The position numbers and the translations under genes are program-made. From Sarea resinae (taxonomy: Eukaryota), in NCBI GenBank assembly GCA_026026165.1, contig JAPEUD010000056.1, forward strand, positions 124,001 to 165,687: DNA of 41,687 nucleotides. The letters run 5' to 3'. Shown here in pieces: positions 26,738-40,604 of this stretch (its first letter is position 1; the number at the start of each line of letters is the position of its first letter). The notes under the pieces were generated by a model, which was not told the DNA's origin, did no database searches, and saw only the letters and a list, made by a program, of their open reading frames with translations.

Positions 26738-29480
26738 TAAAACTACTAATTAGTCTATAGCTTTATTTATTACCTTTCTACTTCTGTACATATCCTAACC
26801 TTAGGTAGTGTAATTCTACATTTGTTAGTAATCTTAATACTTAGCGATTTAGTACCTTAGTACTGTAGTGCCTTAAAAGCAACATTTATACATTGTGTAA
26901 GAACCTCTATATATACATATATATTAATATTAGGCTACTAAACTTAAAGAGGCTATAAGACTTAGAAATTACACTATTTATTATTTAATACTAGGTACTT
27001 TCTTTTTCTATTAGGCTACCTTCTTCTAAACTTCTAGCTAGAGTAGAGTAGGCTCTAGTAATACTACTAATAACTAATATAGAGAAACTATATATTCTTA
27101 GCACCTATATATATTAGCAAAAATAGCGATCTGCTTCTAAAGACTTTAGAAGGCTAGAATAGCTTATAGAGCTTATAGAAGTTTTAGCCTCTTATAGAGT
27201 TGCTTATTCTATAGAGCTACTAAGGTAGCTTTTATAGCTAGCAAGAGTATATACTATACTCTTAATAGCTCTAGTATTAAAGAGTGTGATAATAAAAGAA
27301 CTAGCTAAGCAGCTAGCTAAGCAAGGCATATAAGGTGCTAAGTCTCTGTAGGTCACGTGACTAAGTCATGTGACTAGGCAGCTAGGTGTGAATATACAAC
27401 ATCTAGAAGCCTATAATGCAAGGTACGTACTAGGTACGTAATCCGGTGACCGGTTCATGCCACTAGTGCAACTTCGCGAACTTAAGGGCTATAGAGTAGG
27501 CTATAGGCTAGGCGCTAATTAATTATAGAGTGAATTTCTATGAATTTTTGTAATTTCCTATTTAGGAAGTTATAGCGTTGATGCCTATAGCGCTAGAGCT
27601 ACTTTCGCTAGAATTTCGCTTGATTTCTCGCTTATATAAGCAATTTAGCAAATTCTTATAAAGTATTACTACATAACATGTAGCATTATAAAGCTATATA
27701 GTAGCATTATAAAAATACATAGTAAATAAGAATATTAGGAAGTTAGTATAGAATTTCATGTTGTAACACTATAGGTGCATGAAATATTTTACATTTTTGC
27801 TGATATAGCAATGCAAAACTAATGCTATTAATAGTTGCTAGTAGACACTAATTTTATAAATCTCTTAAATACTATTTATATGCTCTACACAATGTTTAGC
27901 ACCTATATTAAGTCTATATTATAACTGTCTTAATTTGCTTAAAGTTATATTATTTTTTATACTCTTTAAGTAAAGTTTAGAATTAAATAGGAAAAATTGT
28001 TAAAAATATCAACTAGTGTAAGAGATCAAACTAGATGCACTAGATAAGTGCTAGACAGTCCTAAAGATATAGGAACCGCTAAATTATAATAGCGCCACTA
28101 TGCTTAATAGTTGTAGAGTGTGTCACTATCTTAGGTCTTGCTACTAGTATATCTATAGAGAACTTAAATAGGTAGCAGAACAAGTGTATCAATTAATATA
28201 AGCTATTAGCCTATAGCCTAGTAACTAAGTAATAAGAAGAAGAGAAGAAAACTAACGCGCTAACTGCTTGCTTAACTGTCTAGAAAACTAATAACTAAAT
28301 GCATAAAGAACTAATAATGCCTCTTTACCTAACCCCTAAGAAACACTACTAAGCTAATCAACACCTGCTGACTAATCATTTGCTGGTTCTACCCTATCAC
28401 ACTAGAAGAGAGATTAAATTAAGAACAATAGGTAGATTATATAATTAACTTACAAATATAACTGCTATCTACTACTAGGCTAGGTACCTAGCTGCTACCT
28501 TATAATTAACTCAGCTATTTTAAGACAGTCTTATAACAGTATCACAACCTAGTAGAACTACCTATAGTTTAGATTTTATAAACTGTGTTAAAACTGTGTT
28601 AAGACTGTTACAACACCTACCCTAGGTTGCAGAGATTTAGAACTACCCTTAGTTGCAGCATACTTTTACACACCTATAGAAGTTGCAGAAAACAAATTCA
28701 GAAAATTCAGAAAATTTAGCGAAAAAGTAAATTGACTACAGTGGGAATCGATCCTAGGAGCATTACGTAATCACTAATTATTGACGTTACACTAATTAGG
28801 CTATATAACTTGTTTGAAATCTAGCCCTATAGTAAGGTAGGAGGTAATATATAGCCTACTAAAACTATAATATTATTTTTAGCTAGCACACTACTTTATA
28901 GAGTTACTAGTAATACTAGGATAATATTCTTATAGTTTGCCTCTTAGATTATAAGCTAGAATAACTTAGTTTACTCTACTAGAATAACTTAAATTTAATA
29001 ACTTAAGAGTATAGCTATAGCTAGTAGTATATTATTTAGCCTTATTTATAAGCTTCTTACAGCTATTATAATTAAGTAGTAGAGAAAGTATAGAGGTACC
29101 TAGTAGGTACTAGGTAGGTATAGTAGGTAGGTAGGTAGAAAGGTAGAAAGGTTACTTAGTAGTAGTAGTAGTTTACTTAGTATAGTATTAACTGCTGATT
29201 TTATACATACACCTAGCAATTTACAACGTGTTTTCTAGGTGTCTTATAGGCTATCTAATTTACTATACAATTTGTATAGAGGAAGTAATAGCTAAGGCAA
29301 TAGGCTAAAAATCTTAGCAAAATAAGCAGGTAGTGTAAATAGTAAAATAGGCAGTGCGGTTAGCAATTCCCTACAAGTAGGCTAAATAGTAGCTTAACTA
29401 TAAGTAGAGCGATTCCTATGCCTTTATCTCACTTGCTATAAGTGATTATAGATAGCTATAAACATGAATTGCTAGCATTA
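26738..29480. repeat. AT-rich RIP-degraded repeat relics, family unassigned
   Basis: Strong TpA excess and CCA/TCA depletion, no recoverable long frame. Interrupted by a short unmutated stretch at ~27420-27490. Confidence 0.7.
28733..28810 (-). pseudogene. tRNA-like relic (Pol III A/B boxes) inside RIP-degraded repeat DNA
   Basis: AGTTATA-TAGCCTAATTAGT...GGATCGATTCCCAC-TGTAGTCA, followed by a TTTTT run. A-box-like and B-box-like motifs at tRNA spacing. The acceptor stem is restorable by reverting transitions. Confidence 0.5.
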
Positions 29481-29823
29481 GGAGATGTAACAGAGGCTAG
29501 ATCTTCCTTCAAGCCTTGCGAATGACTTAATACTTCAGCGTGACTGATTTGCAAAGCTAGTACATGCTTCAAACTCCATCGATAGAATGCTCTCAAAAAA
29601 CGCCGTGCGCCAACCAGAAACCGACCGCCCTATGCAAAGCAAAACTGGAAAGTCGAAGCCTACCGTAATGGGGGGACCGCGTCAGACATACTCGCTGTTC
29701 GTTGTTGCATGAAGGCAGTTGCTGCGAGAATGATTCGGCATTGCAAGGTGAGATACGCAAAACAAGAATCAACCCTGTATCCGGTAAGGGTATGCGTGTC
29801 CAAACCATCCTAAGGTCGGTCTC

Positions 29824-32800
29824 TTAGGCTATGATGAGCTGTAGGTCATGCGTTAGAATAACCGCACAATCGGTCAACAACGGCTTGAAAGACTTACCTC
29901 TACAAGCTTTTCAATCAGTGGCGCACATTTCTGCTCTTGCTCCTCTGATTGTTCGGGCGAGAAGCATAAGAGACCACCGAAACCAAACTCTTCCAGGGCA
30001 TTCTCTAGTGCCTCACCTGGATTGGCGGGGGTTTCTACCCTCGGCGAGCAGACGGAGCGAGCAAGAGCGTGAGCATATCGAAGCGTGGAAGGATTCTGAG
30101 AAGTGGATAGGACTTTGCGTAGAACTTTAAATATAAGACCATGTCTGATAGGTTTCATTAGTCCAAGCAGCACACACGAGAAAACTATTAGGAATACAAA
30201 CAAGATAGCAACAATTTTCGGTCTAGAGACAGCAATGCGGTCGAGGAACATTAATGTTCGCTGACTTGCAATATCTTCATGAGCTTGCAAACCGATGATG
30301 CTTAGGATGCCGTTGAGGAGAAGCTCTCGATCTTTAATGGAGTCAAGGTCTATCATCGCCAGATACTCATCGTCTGATATATGGCCAAAGGAGGAAGGGG
30401 AGCCAGCAGTCCATTTTAGCTCTTTCGCCTCGTCATCCGTAGGACTTCCGATACCGAGCAGTGAATAAGGAAGCATACAAATGTTACTTGTGGAGCGACT
30501 TTTCTCCACCTTGTTGGCACTGGCCAATTGGGAGAACGTCGATAACACGCGTACTGTCGTCGGCTTAGTTGCTGGGTCAAGAAAACCCTTAGCTAGGCTC
30601 CCCGCGCACGCAATGTGAAAGTCCCTCGGGCTGAAACGAACGCCATAAAGCTCGTCGAACTCGGCCAATGGTGCTTCGATCGGAACACGCCCGTGGAAAA
30701 GGATCTGGATGAGACTGCCAACTTTGACATCCCCAGATGTTGAGATGACTTGTAATGTTGCCTCTAACAGAGAAGCTGTATGGCTGAACATGGCCGGTAG
30801 GCCTAATCTTACCAGAGCCATGGCAAGCCAGAAAAGTTGGAGTAAATAGCGAGATGTCGTAGGAAGTCTCTTTATCATCTTCGTCAGAGCCTTGATAATC
30901 GCGACCAGCATATCTCTGTCCTGGGTCTTTGAATAATCACTAAGACTATTCTTCAATGCCACCAGGGTCTGATAAAGTAGATCGTCGTCAACGACTGCGG
31001 CGAGACAACCCATCACAGTGAATGCTCGGGGTTGAATAGCAGGGTTACTCTGAAAAGCCGTGCTAGCCACCAAACTCATCCAGCGAGAACGCCAGACATT
31101 GGCATCATCAACGCTCGGAGCTCCGATGAACACAATCTCAAGGAACAGGAACACCAATGTTTCTAGGTTTGAAAATTTCGAAGCCTCTGAGTCCCCATAT
31201 TCTGGACGTAGACTGTCTTCAGTAGAGACCGGGGTCAGACTAAATAGCAGCTCGTGTCTCGCTTCAGAAAGAGATTCCAAGAGACTCTCGAGTCTCACTA
31301 GGTTCGCTTCAGGTAGTGGGAAAGATTGGCACAACGTGTGCACAACATTAGTCAAGAGAGAATGAGTTAGTCGCCTGTGCGTCAGCGAACCGCTGTTGAC
31401 TAACATGGTGATGATATGGAATATCTCTGGCAGATATATTTGGGCTAGATTATTGGTAACGAAGGAGACGGCTTGAAGTATGCGGAGAAGGGCGCTAATC
31501 TCGCCCCATACTTGATTATCGACCAATCTCTTCGTGGGCCGGACAGAAGAGCGATTGAGAGCCTTTCGAATTTTGGCGATGATCTTTCCAGAGACAGTGA
31601 CTGTTCTCAATGAAGCAGCTATAGAACAAATTGCTTCGGTAACATTATCATCCGTATCAGGTCGTAAGGCGTGTTTTATCATCTCATCGAGAAGGATTTC
31701 TGCCACATATTCATCCTTTGCTATCGCAGGCCACACATGCTCCTGAAGGCAAAGGTCCAGGTCCGGATTATGAAGCGCCAGATCCACGAGCTGTCTTACT
31801 ATCGATAAAACGCGATCTCTACCCTTATCACCGTCGTCGTCGAGTGTAAGTACGTGCGTACGGATATTTTGGAGCCAGGGAGACAGATACAAAATGCTCA
31901 TTTGGCGCTGCGTAGGTTGTATTGAATTCCACCCGACGAAAAATTCACACAAAAAATCATGCGTAAGGTGTGGTTCTGACCTTGCAAGCCGCTGGCTGAC
32001 TCCGACCAGCAGTACGATTGACTGAGCCGGTACGCCGAGCCCTTTTTCAGAGTAAGCTAAGATTCGAGACATCACGATAGGAAAGTTCAGGCAGACCTTT
32101 GGCGCTTACGAAGCGCCTATCAAGCGAAAATCGAAATCGCTTTCCCAGAGCGCAGAGCAAGTTGTACGAAGCCAATCGCGTAGGGGTGTCATTACTGGCC
32201 AAATTTGACAGGCAAATGTTGACAAGTGTTCCTGGAACATCGTCGGGCTTCAGAAGGCGGTCAATAGATTTGACCTGTCTGACCTCGCCTCCCTGTTTAG
32301 CTTTAGCATTCCTGATAGCTTGCAATATCTCCATCTTTTTAGAACTCGTGAAGAACATGACAATCTTTCCGCCCTGGGTCTTGAGACCAAATGTATTGTC
32401 ATCTTCTGTCTGGATGGGCGCAGTAGCCTCCTCAATGTCTGCGATCCGAAAAATGTCGTTTACTATCGCACCAAGACGTATGGCGGGAAAGATTTCTTGC
32501 TTTTTTATCGTGGTAATTTGGGCATATTGAGGTCCAACTTTAACCACGACTTCGATTTTGCCCTTCGATTTAGAGAGTCTGGTAACGGGTTGAAAGACAA
32601 AAGTCGGATCGGCCACGACGGAGACTGTAGTAAGAGATAATTAGTTTCGATCACGTCCAACCAAGAATACTCGATGATCATACTCGTGTCCTTTGGCAAC
32701 TGGATTGAACTCATATTGAAATGGCTCTGAAGTTCTTGTAAACCAGAAATCATGAAATACTCGATTTTCTTCGGATGAAATTGACTGTCATCGTTTTCGG

Positions 32801-35800
32801 CAGCAATTCGAAGGGCCCTGCGGAAACACTTTCTGTACACGCTGTTCATGTTATACACATATATTCTTTTCAAGTGCAAAGATATCTCTGACGGTATAAG
32901 TGAGTCTAGCTTCCGTAGCAGCTCGTCGCGAGGATCAGTCAACGTATCGTAAAATGTAGTGTCCATGATAACGCAGAAAGGGCGATGCCATAACCTGCTT
33001 GCGTTCTAGAGTGTCTTAGCAAGGCTACAAGCAAAGTCTTATAATTGCTTACCCTCAGAAATGTGTAAATAACAAGATCATGATCCATGCCACCGGCCTC
33101 TATGTGCCGCAGAATTAGGCAGATAGCTGGCAAACCATCCTAAGTACGTCGTAAGAGTCAATTCAGGATTAAAGAGTCTTGCCTACCTTTGTGTGCCCAC
33201 CAGCATAGATCGCACGAGCAGATACAACGGAGTCTACATTTCTCCCTGCGTTCTTAAGCATGAATTGCTGAAATCTAGAGTATGCCGGAGGGATATTCGC
33301 CGATATCTGAGGCCGATTCCACGACACATCCATTGGTGGACTGCCCAGTCCTGATACTAGAGAGCTCAACTGCATGAAAGGCGTCTGCTCAGAGGTTGCT
33401 TCTAATGACTCGGCGGTTGGTAGTTCTTGTGGACTCATTTTCTGAATTAGGATCATTTGTTGTTTAACATTATCCCAATGATCATAGAGGAATTTATGCA
33501 GCGCAATGCACGATCCGAAATCGAATGACTCCGGTTGACACCAAGCCTCTTGCGTCGCCGGAGCCCTCTGGAAGACAAATCAGCGGCCTGTCCGTATTTC
33601 TCAAGACACCAAGTAGCTCACCGAAATATCCCTCAAAAATTCACTTATCCGACAGATTTGCACCGTCAAGAAGTCATTCAGAGGAAACATGTAAGGTTCC
33701 TTCGCACCAAACAAAACATTGTTGGCCAGATTTTGCAGCACCTTGGCAATGAGGAGCAGACCTCGCCGCATCTCTTTAGTAGGCACGACGTCCACCAATC
33801 CTTCGGCATCTGGCGCAACAATTGCGGGGCAGAAAAACCGTAGAAAAATGAAGGCTCCAACAGCTGTGTATCTTGCATCAGGGAAACGTTGAGAGACCGC
33901 CATAGAAATCGTATGACATATGCGACGAAGGGTTTTCGGAATCCTCTCGGTAGAGTCACAAATATCATCAATGAACACTTTCGTGACTTCCTGGAGCTGC
34001 AATGCATTGTTAGTCAGCTCATGGCCCCCTGTAGCTCGTGCTGGGTCCAATTCTAGGTTCAGATTATCCGCCGCGAGCATAAGTCTCTGAAGCACCTGTT
34101 GCAGCGTCGAACGCAGGTAGGATGATCCTTTCCATTTGGCGTAAACGGATAGCATCTTCGTGGCGACACAATTTCGTCTAAGAAGCTCTGACTCATTTTC
34201 TAAAGAAAATTTCAATGAGAATGGAGAAAAAGAAGAGCGAAGATTCCCCATACCGGTAGTAGCGACTTCATGCTCGACGAGGAGTTTGAGAAAATCAAAC
34301 CCTTTGCCCCTGGTTTCGAAAATGTTAAGTAGAGAGATGGTCAATTCGTCAACCTCGTTACTAGGACAGGCGTCGCAGAATGCGATCGCAAGGGTCATAT
34401 CACTCACGACCAGCTGCACAGATCAGTCAGCGCACACGGTTTAAGCTTTAGTAGCTCGAAGTATTGCTTGATCATCTGGAGGCCGGGAACATCATCGATC
34501 ATGTATCATATCGAGCCACAGAAAAGAAGTCAAAGCTGAAGAGTGGCTGAATATATCTCCTCAATACAACCATGATGATCTCACACTACTGCTGATTTTG
34601 GATCGAACGTACCTCTAAAAGAAGATCATACTTCTCGTTGAGCGCGGAATTTGAGAGCCTGCTAAATTCTGTCCCTTGTATGAGAATGTTGTAGAGCACT
34701 CGCATAAAAGCAGCTCGAATCTCGACATTAGCGTGATATCCAGTCCCTAATGCCTGCTTGAGTCCCACATCTATGTTTGCACTCAAAAGATTTGACAAGC
34801 CTATAATGGCAAGCTCAGTGGTTGAATGTGAATCTTCTCTGGTGACTGATGCCGAAGACGTTTCTCTCCATAATTCAGGATCGATCCTATGCTTGTCCAG
34901 TAATGACAAGAATCGGCCAAAATATTGGTTGAAAAGCTGCGCCCTGATCTCGCTGGAACCTGTCTCACTTTCACTATCAGGCTGCTGCAACGGCAGCCCA
35001 TAGGTCAATTCCACAAGAGCTCTGAGGCACGCGCGATCGACATCATATTTCAGACGAAGAGCAGGGTCTGCGCGAGCCACGGAATGAAAGGGTTTGATGC
35101 CATCGTCTGCAGGCGAAATGGGGCGAGACATCCAATCAAACAAGAGCTCCAGAAGATTATTGCGAGTAATCGATTCATGCCGCAAGCTCAACATCTCCTT
35201 CTTCCTGGTGACAACTTCACAGAGCTGGCACACTTTGATCTTTAGCCTCAGCACGGTAGTGGTATCCATCGAGCAAGACTGGGCATAGCGAGCTAGATTC
35301 AATGATAATGAGCCGAAATCGACGGAGAAGAAGGCCTCATGAGATTTGTCCAAACGATCCACGATAGTCCTCATCAAAGAGGCCACTTGCTCCGCGAAGG
35401 TAATGCGAGTCTCCTCGGACACACTTATTTGACCATCAAATACGCTTGCGACTTCAGACTCCAATGCTTGGAAGAATTGTACGTAGAGTTTGGGGTTCAG
35501 CTCAGTACCGAGAAAATCCCTCGTAGCTTCGCGCACTTGGAGATTACTACAGGTCAATAATTGAAGGCAATCAATGTTGAACCTGTCGAGGAGCGAATAA
35601 CCATCTCCCTCAGCAGAAAGTCGATCAATCCAGCGAAGTCCCGCTAACATCGTATCGTCAACGGGTACGTCCAGGTCTGACACGCAGGATCCTCCTAATG
35701 ATGCTAGAAATCCCGAGTAATTACGCCATTCCATGAAAATCTGGGTATCAGTTGCGGTCTGAGAACGTTCTTCTGGCGCGTGGACCTGAGATTTTGGAGC

Positions 35801-38683
35801 AAGGAAAACGGCACTTAATCTTCTCCATCGTGAGAACACAACTTCCCACGCAGTCAATATACCTGCTGTTGGGCGTGACATCTTTAGTAAGAGACGGCGG
35901 AAACGTTTCTGGAAGGCAACCAGGCCGGTGAGGCGAAACGTCTGAGAAGACAGCTCCAGGTAAACCTCCGAGTTTCTCAACATAGTCAATGGAGACCTTC
36001 CTAATTCTGCTTCATTCTCTGTCAAAAGGCCTTCCTCGCAAAATAAAGCTAAGCAACTGGTTGCCGCAGCACAAAGCTTCAAGTCACTCGAACAAAGTAA
36101 AATCAGAAATGCGACTTCCAATGCAGCGGACGCTGCTGCTCGTTCTGAGATCTCTCTCCCGGCAGCAATCATGGTTGCAGAATCCTGCGGACATCGAGTT
36201 GTGTGAGTAGAGCTAGAAATTCTGCTAAGTACCAAAGACTGACCTTTTGAGACTTGAGAAATGACAATCTGAGCTCTAAGTAATCATGGATAAAATTAAT
36301 AACAGTCCTCGTCGCACGGCCATTGATTCCGCCGTCAATTATCTTGCTCGCAAGTGTGGATAGAACAAGTGATCTGGGGAAATTATCAATTAGCATCGCC
36401 ATGGCCAACACGAAGCTATTATGAGATCAAAAATTTGGTTAGGCAATAGGACACGAGCAATTCTGATCGACCATCAACAACGGCTGAAAGAAAATTCTCG
36501 ACTTACGTTGCTCGCCAGAAGTTCGCGTGGAACCCCTTGAAGTGCCTCTCCCGGCTCTTCTTCAGAAGACTGGTCACATTGTGTTCCATTACTTTTCTAG
36601 AAATGATGCTGGCAAATATTCGAAGCTTCTCATCGTCGACTCCAAGAAAAGCAACGAAGGGGCGGAACCCTGCCTCAAAGAATTTGTTGTAGCCAGCTTC
36701 GTCACTGGGTGCTCCGTCAAAGAGCACCATAGGGCGGACGGTTAAAAATTTCAGCACATAGAATTGGAGTCCTGGACGCTGCTGCTCAATCCTATCGTCG
36801 ACATCTCTACGCTTTTCAGAAGTAGTGCCGTCCTTGGTCGACACCTTTCTGTCATTAGATAACACGCTCTGACCTTCTCAGTAATTCTGCTGCAGAAGAC
36901 CGGGAGAAAGTACACACCTGTAGACACGTCCTAAGTGAAGGAGCTATGGCTTCGAATAGAATATGATATTTGTCACATTCTGGGTCTCGCGCAAGGTGAA
37001 TGCAGGCCTCTAAAAGCGCAATCGGATATTGCACCGGGGCCTGCGGGTCTAGACATCGGACAACCGCATTATCGAGGATGGAATCAACGTCCAGGCGAGC
37101 GAGACTAACGAGGACTTCGGTCATCAATTTACGAGGTATAGAGTTTTGGTCACCCTCAGAACGAATTTCCTTGCCAAATAACTCATCTCGAAGCTCATCT
37201 TGGATTGCCAGAGCGTAGCTCGAAAGCGCCGACTCGCTGTCCAACGAAAAGTGCCGCGATACTTTGCATACTAGAACAAGGCAGTATGTTGCTGCATCGC
37301 GGTTCCTGGTAGACCGCAGACTTTTCCTTAACCCTTCCAAGAACGTTGCTCTTTTCGCCACATTGACATTTTTGGCGTCCTTCATATGCTCAGCAACCCA
37401 AAAGACCTCTGGAGTGAGCAGAATCAGCGTCAGTTGCAATGGCCATGCTATTCCTTTCCTGCGGTTCATGTCCGCAACTGAGTTAAACATATCGGAAAAA
37501 GTCTCTGCTGCGCCATCCAATCTCTTCTGCGTCGCATGCAGATCAATGAATTCGCCAGGGAAGTTTTCCAGCCAACGCAGTATAGTCGATGGTAGCAGCA
37601 CGGCAATGGAGTTCTGGGCGGAGCTTTTTAGATGCAGGAAGCATCCACACAGTTCCTGTAAAACGAGAACTAATTTTCTTTCGTTTGCCCACAGGTGAGG
37701 TAGCACTTGGATGCCGGCCAAGGCATGTTTTTCCGTCTCAGCAGTTGCAGAAATGCCATCCATGCTTCCAGCATTCGCAGCATGTCCTCCGGGAGAAAAT
37801 CTAAGATTTTTCAGGTGGCCCTGGAGAAATGTGAACACAAGAGACCAATTAGACGCGGATAAGTATTGGATGACAGTCGCGACTGGTTCGTCGATACCGA
37901 GAAGGTCATCGTCGTACTCATACCACTTCTCTGCACGGCGTCTGCCGGTGTTATCCCACCGCATGCATGGCTCAATTTCCAAGAACTCGAAAGGTGGCAG
38001 CTGGCAGTCAGTAGGGATAGGTTTAAGTATCCTGGTCAAAACTTCGAGGGCACGCGCCACCAAGGGATCCCTGAGCCTCTGAGGGAGAAGCCGGCTCGAT
38101 TTATGTCTGTCATGGCCTCGGCGAGGTTGAGATCCACTCGAACTTATTGAAGGTGCGTTCGAATAACTATCGGAAGATGAATGTGCTGACCACGAATCCC
38201 TCCGCACTTCGAGGCGTTCTCGATCCCTCCGTTCGTTGCGATCGTTCTCCTCCGCGTAGGTGGTCCAATTTGTCGTACAGCAATCCGCAAGTAGCTGTAT
38301 AACATAGGCTTCAGAGCGCAGCACGCTTTCAGGGGACGAGCTCTCTCGGAATTGCTATATTCGTTGCTTATAAGCTTATGCCTTGGCCAATACGGAAAAG
38401 TAGCATATCAACAAACCTTATGCAAATGTTCCAAAAGCGCTGTAATCTCTTCAATCACAGTATCTATAGATTGCTTGCTTATCTCTATCAGTGTCGTGCA
38501 AGTAAGACGGATGACTTCGTCACGGCTGATGTCGCTGAGTTCGCCATCGGAATAGAGTGGGAGCTAAACAACACTGGTCAGACTCTACATCTGTTTGACA
38601 CAGCAGATATTTGGTTGCCAGCTGCCTACCTTGTTTTTAAGCCTTTCGACTAGGGAACGAACCAGCCCGGTTTCGCCGTTCAT
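29824..38683 (-). CDS. IRA2: Neurofibromin / Ira1-Ira2-like Ras GTPase-activating protein, multi-exon
   Basis: RasGAP domain (LLRRNCVATKML, AFIFLRFFCPAIVAP, LLLIAKVLQNLAN), Sec14-like segment (KRIYVYNMNS), PH-like segment, and C-terminal RWMSLVASTAFQSNPAIQPRAF. Start MNGETGLVRSLVERL at 38683; last exon LIIA* ends at 29824. Internal ORFs are joined by GT-AG introns. Confidence 0.92.
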
Positions 38684-39409
38684 GGTCCCTGGTAACTCTT
38701 GGGTTTTGCAATTGACACGTTCGCATGGACATGAGGCTGACGAGCGCTGTTCTACAGGCCTTCGTGCAGTTATTCGATCGTTCTCTCGTTCTTAAATTGC
38801 CCTCGCCTCGCCATCTGACCTTGAGGACTTTCGAGGACGCATCCGTGGTCTAGATCAATATATCAGTTGTGTAAGGTCGTGGGGCACGAATACGTATCTC
38901 GCGGTGAGCTATGTAAGGAGGTACGGTAGGTACTGCAACTTCGTTAGAATGGCGAAGACCGCGACGTACGAAGTACCTAGTACTTCGTACTCAAGGGGTC
39001 TACTCTGTACAAACTGTAAAGCAGAATGCTGCTGAGCTTAAAGACTGTAGCGCTAGGACATCTATAAGGTTCTACTACTCGCGCTGTTTAGAGGCTTTTG
39101 CTATGCTAATTTAGTTCTCTTTAAATAATTAGGTTACTAGGAAATAATATTTTATATTTATTAAGAATTATATATATATAAGGTATTAAGTAGATCTAAG
39201 TACTACTTTAGTAGCCTTTTAACTTTAAAATAAAAACTTTAATACTTATAGGTATACTTTCTCTCTCTAAGTCTTTAGTTAAAGAGAAAGAGTATCTATT
39301 AAGTACTTAAGTGCTTTCTCTCTAAGTTTTAACACTTATTTTAGGTTTAATTTTAGCAAACTAAGTACTATATAGTATAAAAGATTATACACTCTAATTA
39401 GGTAATTAC

Positions 39410-39775
39410 TATTAGTATTATAACTTTAATTCTAGTTACTCTTAAGTATCTAAACTATTATAAACTATTATAAAATAGTATAGATATATCTAGAAGCTTT
39501 TATAGACCTATAAAAGCTAATAGAACTCTATAAAAACTCTATAGAATCTTATAAAATATTCTAAAAGATTCTATAGCTATACTAACTAAGTACTAAGTAT
39601 CTTAGAACATACTAAAACTATTTATAAGTCTATAGAACTTAACTTCTATAATATACCTAGGTACTAGAGTTATATAACTATCCTTTAACTTTCTTAAAAA
39701 GTATATATTATTATTATTAGTTTATTAATTACAAATTACTTATATAATTACCTAGTAGTTATTACTAGAAGTTAT
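39410..39775 (+). mobile_element. Old, heavily RIP-mutated LTR copy A
   Basis: Begins TATTAGTATTATAACTTTAATTCTAG and is colinear with copies C and D but more diverged. The 3' end is approximate. Confidence 0.65.
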
Positions 39776-39799
39776 ATCTATATAATAATTATCTTATTA

Positions 39800-40228
39800 T
39801 ATATTATATATTATAAACTTAGAGATTCTAGCTATAGAGGTGTAAGGCAGTTAATATATAGACTTAATTAACTTACTAGAAACTTCTAGTAATAACTAAT
39901 TACATAAGTGATTTGTAAGAAAGTTAGAGAATAGTTGTGTAACTCTTATATTATAGAGATTCTATAGATATCTAAAAGATTCTATAGATATCTAAGAGAT
40001 TCTATAGACTACTAGATAGTTCTAAAACATTCTAAAGAGTTCTAAAAGGTTCTAGATACTTAGTTAGTATACCTATAGAATCTTCTAGAATATTCTATAA
40101 TATTCTATAGAGTTCTATTAGCTTCTATAGGTCTATAGAAGCTTCTAGATATATCTATACTATTATATAACATTCTATAACAGTCTAGATACTTAAGAGT
40201 AACTAGAATTAAGGTTATAATTCTAATA
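39800..40228 (-). mobile_element. LTR copy B (inverted)
   Basis: Near-perfect reverse complement of 40605-41050, differing almost only by transitions. Confidence 0.85.
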
Positions 40229-40604
40229 GACTTATATAAAATCCTAGCTAGCTGCATTTTAAATCCCTAGATAGGATCTAGTAATACCTTATCTATATAA
40301 AGGACTATAGTCTTATCTATTAGTCTAAATCACAATAAAAAGGCCTAAAACTCCTAGGTTATTGCAATTTAGACTAGGAGAGAGATTATAGCAGAAAATC
40401 TACAACAGGCTATGTTTTTCTACTAGATAACAATATAGTTTCCTAGAATTCTAAACTGCAAAAAACAATTGCCTTAAGCTCTTATAAAGTAGAATACATA
40501 GCCTTAAAAGAGGCTATAAAAGAGAATTTATATATAAATTCTCTAATTAAGCAAATCCTCTTGCTAAAAGACAATATTAGCATAGAGGATTCTAAGGCTA
40601 TATA
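40229..40604 (+). pseudogene. Ty1/copia RT-RNase H junction fragment, RIP-degraded
   Basis: Reads LLGYCNLD*ERDYSRKSTTGYVFLL...VS*NSKLQKTIALSSYKVEYIAL, reverting to GYCDSDWGGD..RKSTTGYVF...SWNSKLQ..IALSSCEAEY, the copia RNase H signature. Confidence 0.9.

Noticed and set aside
27435..27480. TACGTAATCCGGTGACCGG resembles the start of a fungal pogo/Tc1-mariner TIR
   Set aside because: No matching inverted partner; the ATTACGTA at ~28762 lies inside the tRNA-like relic and does not extend. The stretch is unRIPed, so it fits host DNA better.
27544..28008. ~22-bp imperfect inverted match (ATTTTTGTAATTTCCTATTTA versus TAAATAGGAAAAATTGTTAAAAAT) suggesting a MITE
   Set aside because: Low-complexity AT-rich match with indels and no identifiable TSD.
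30148..30201. Hydrophobic FVFLIVFSCVLLGL segment in the RasGAP ORF suggesting a transmembrane helix
   Set aside because: Reads as an ordinary intron (GTTTGT...CTAAT...CAG) that happens to be in frame.
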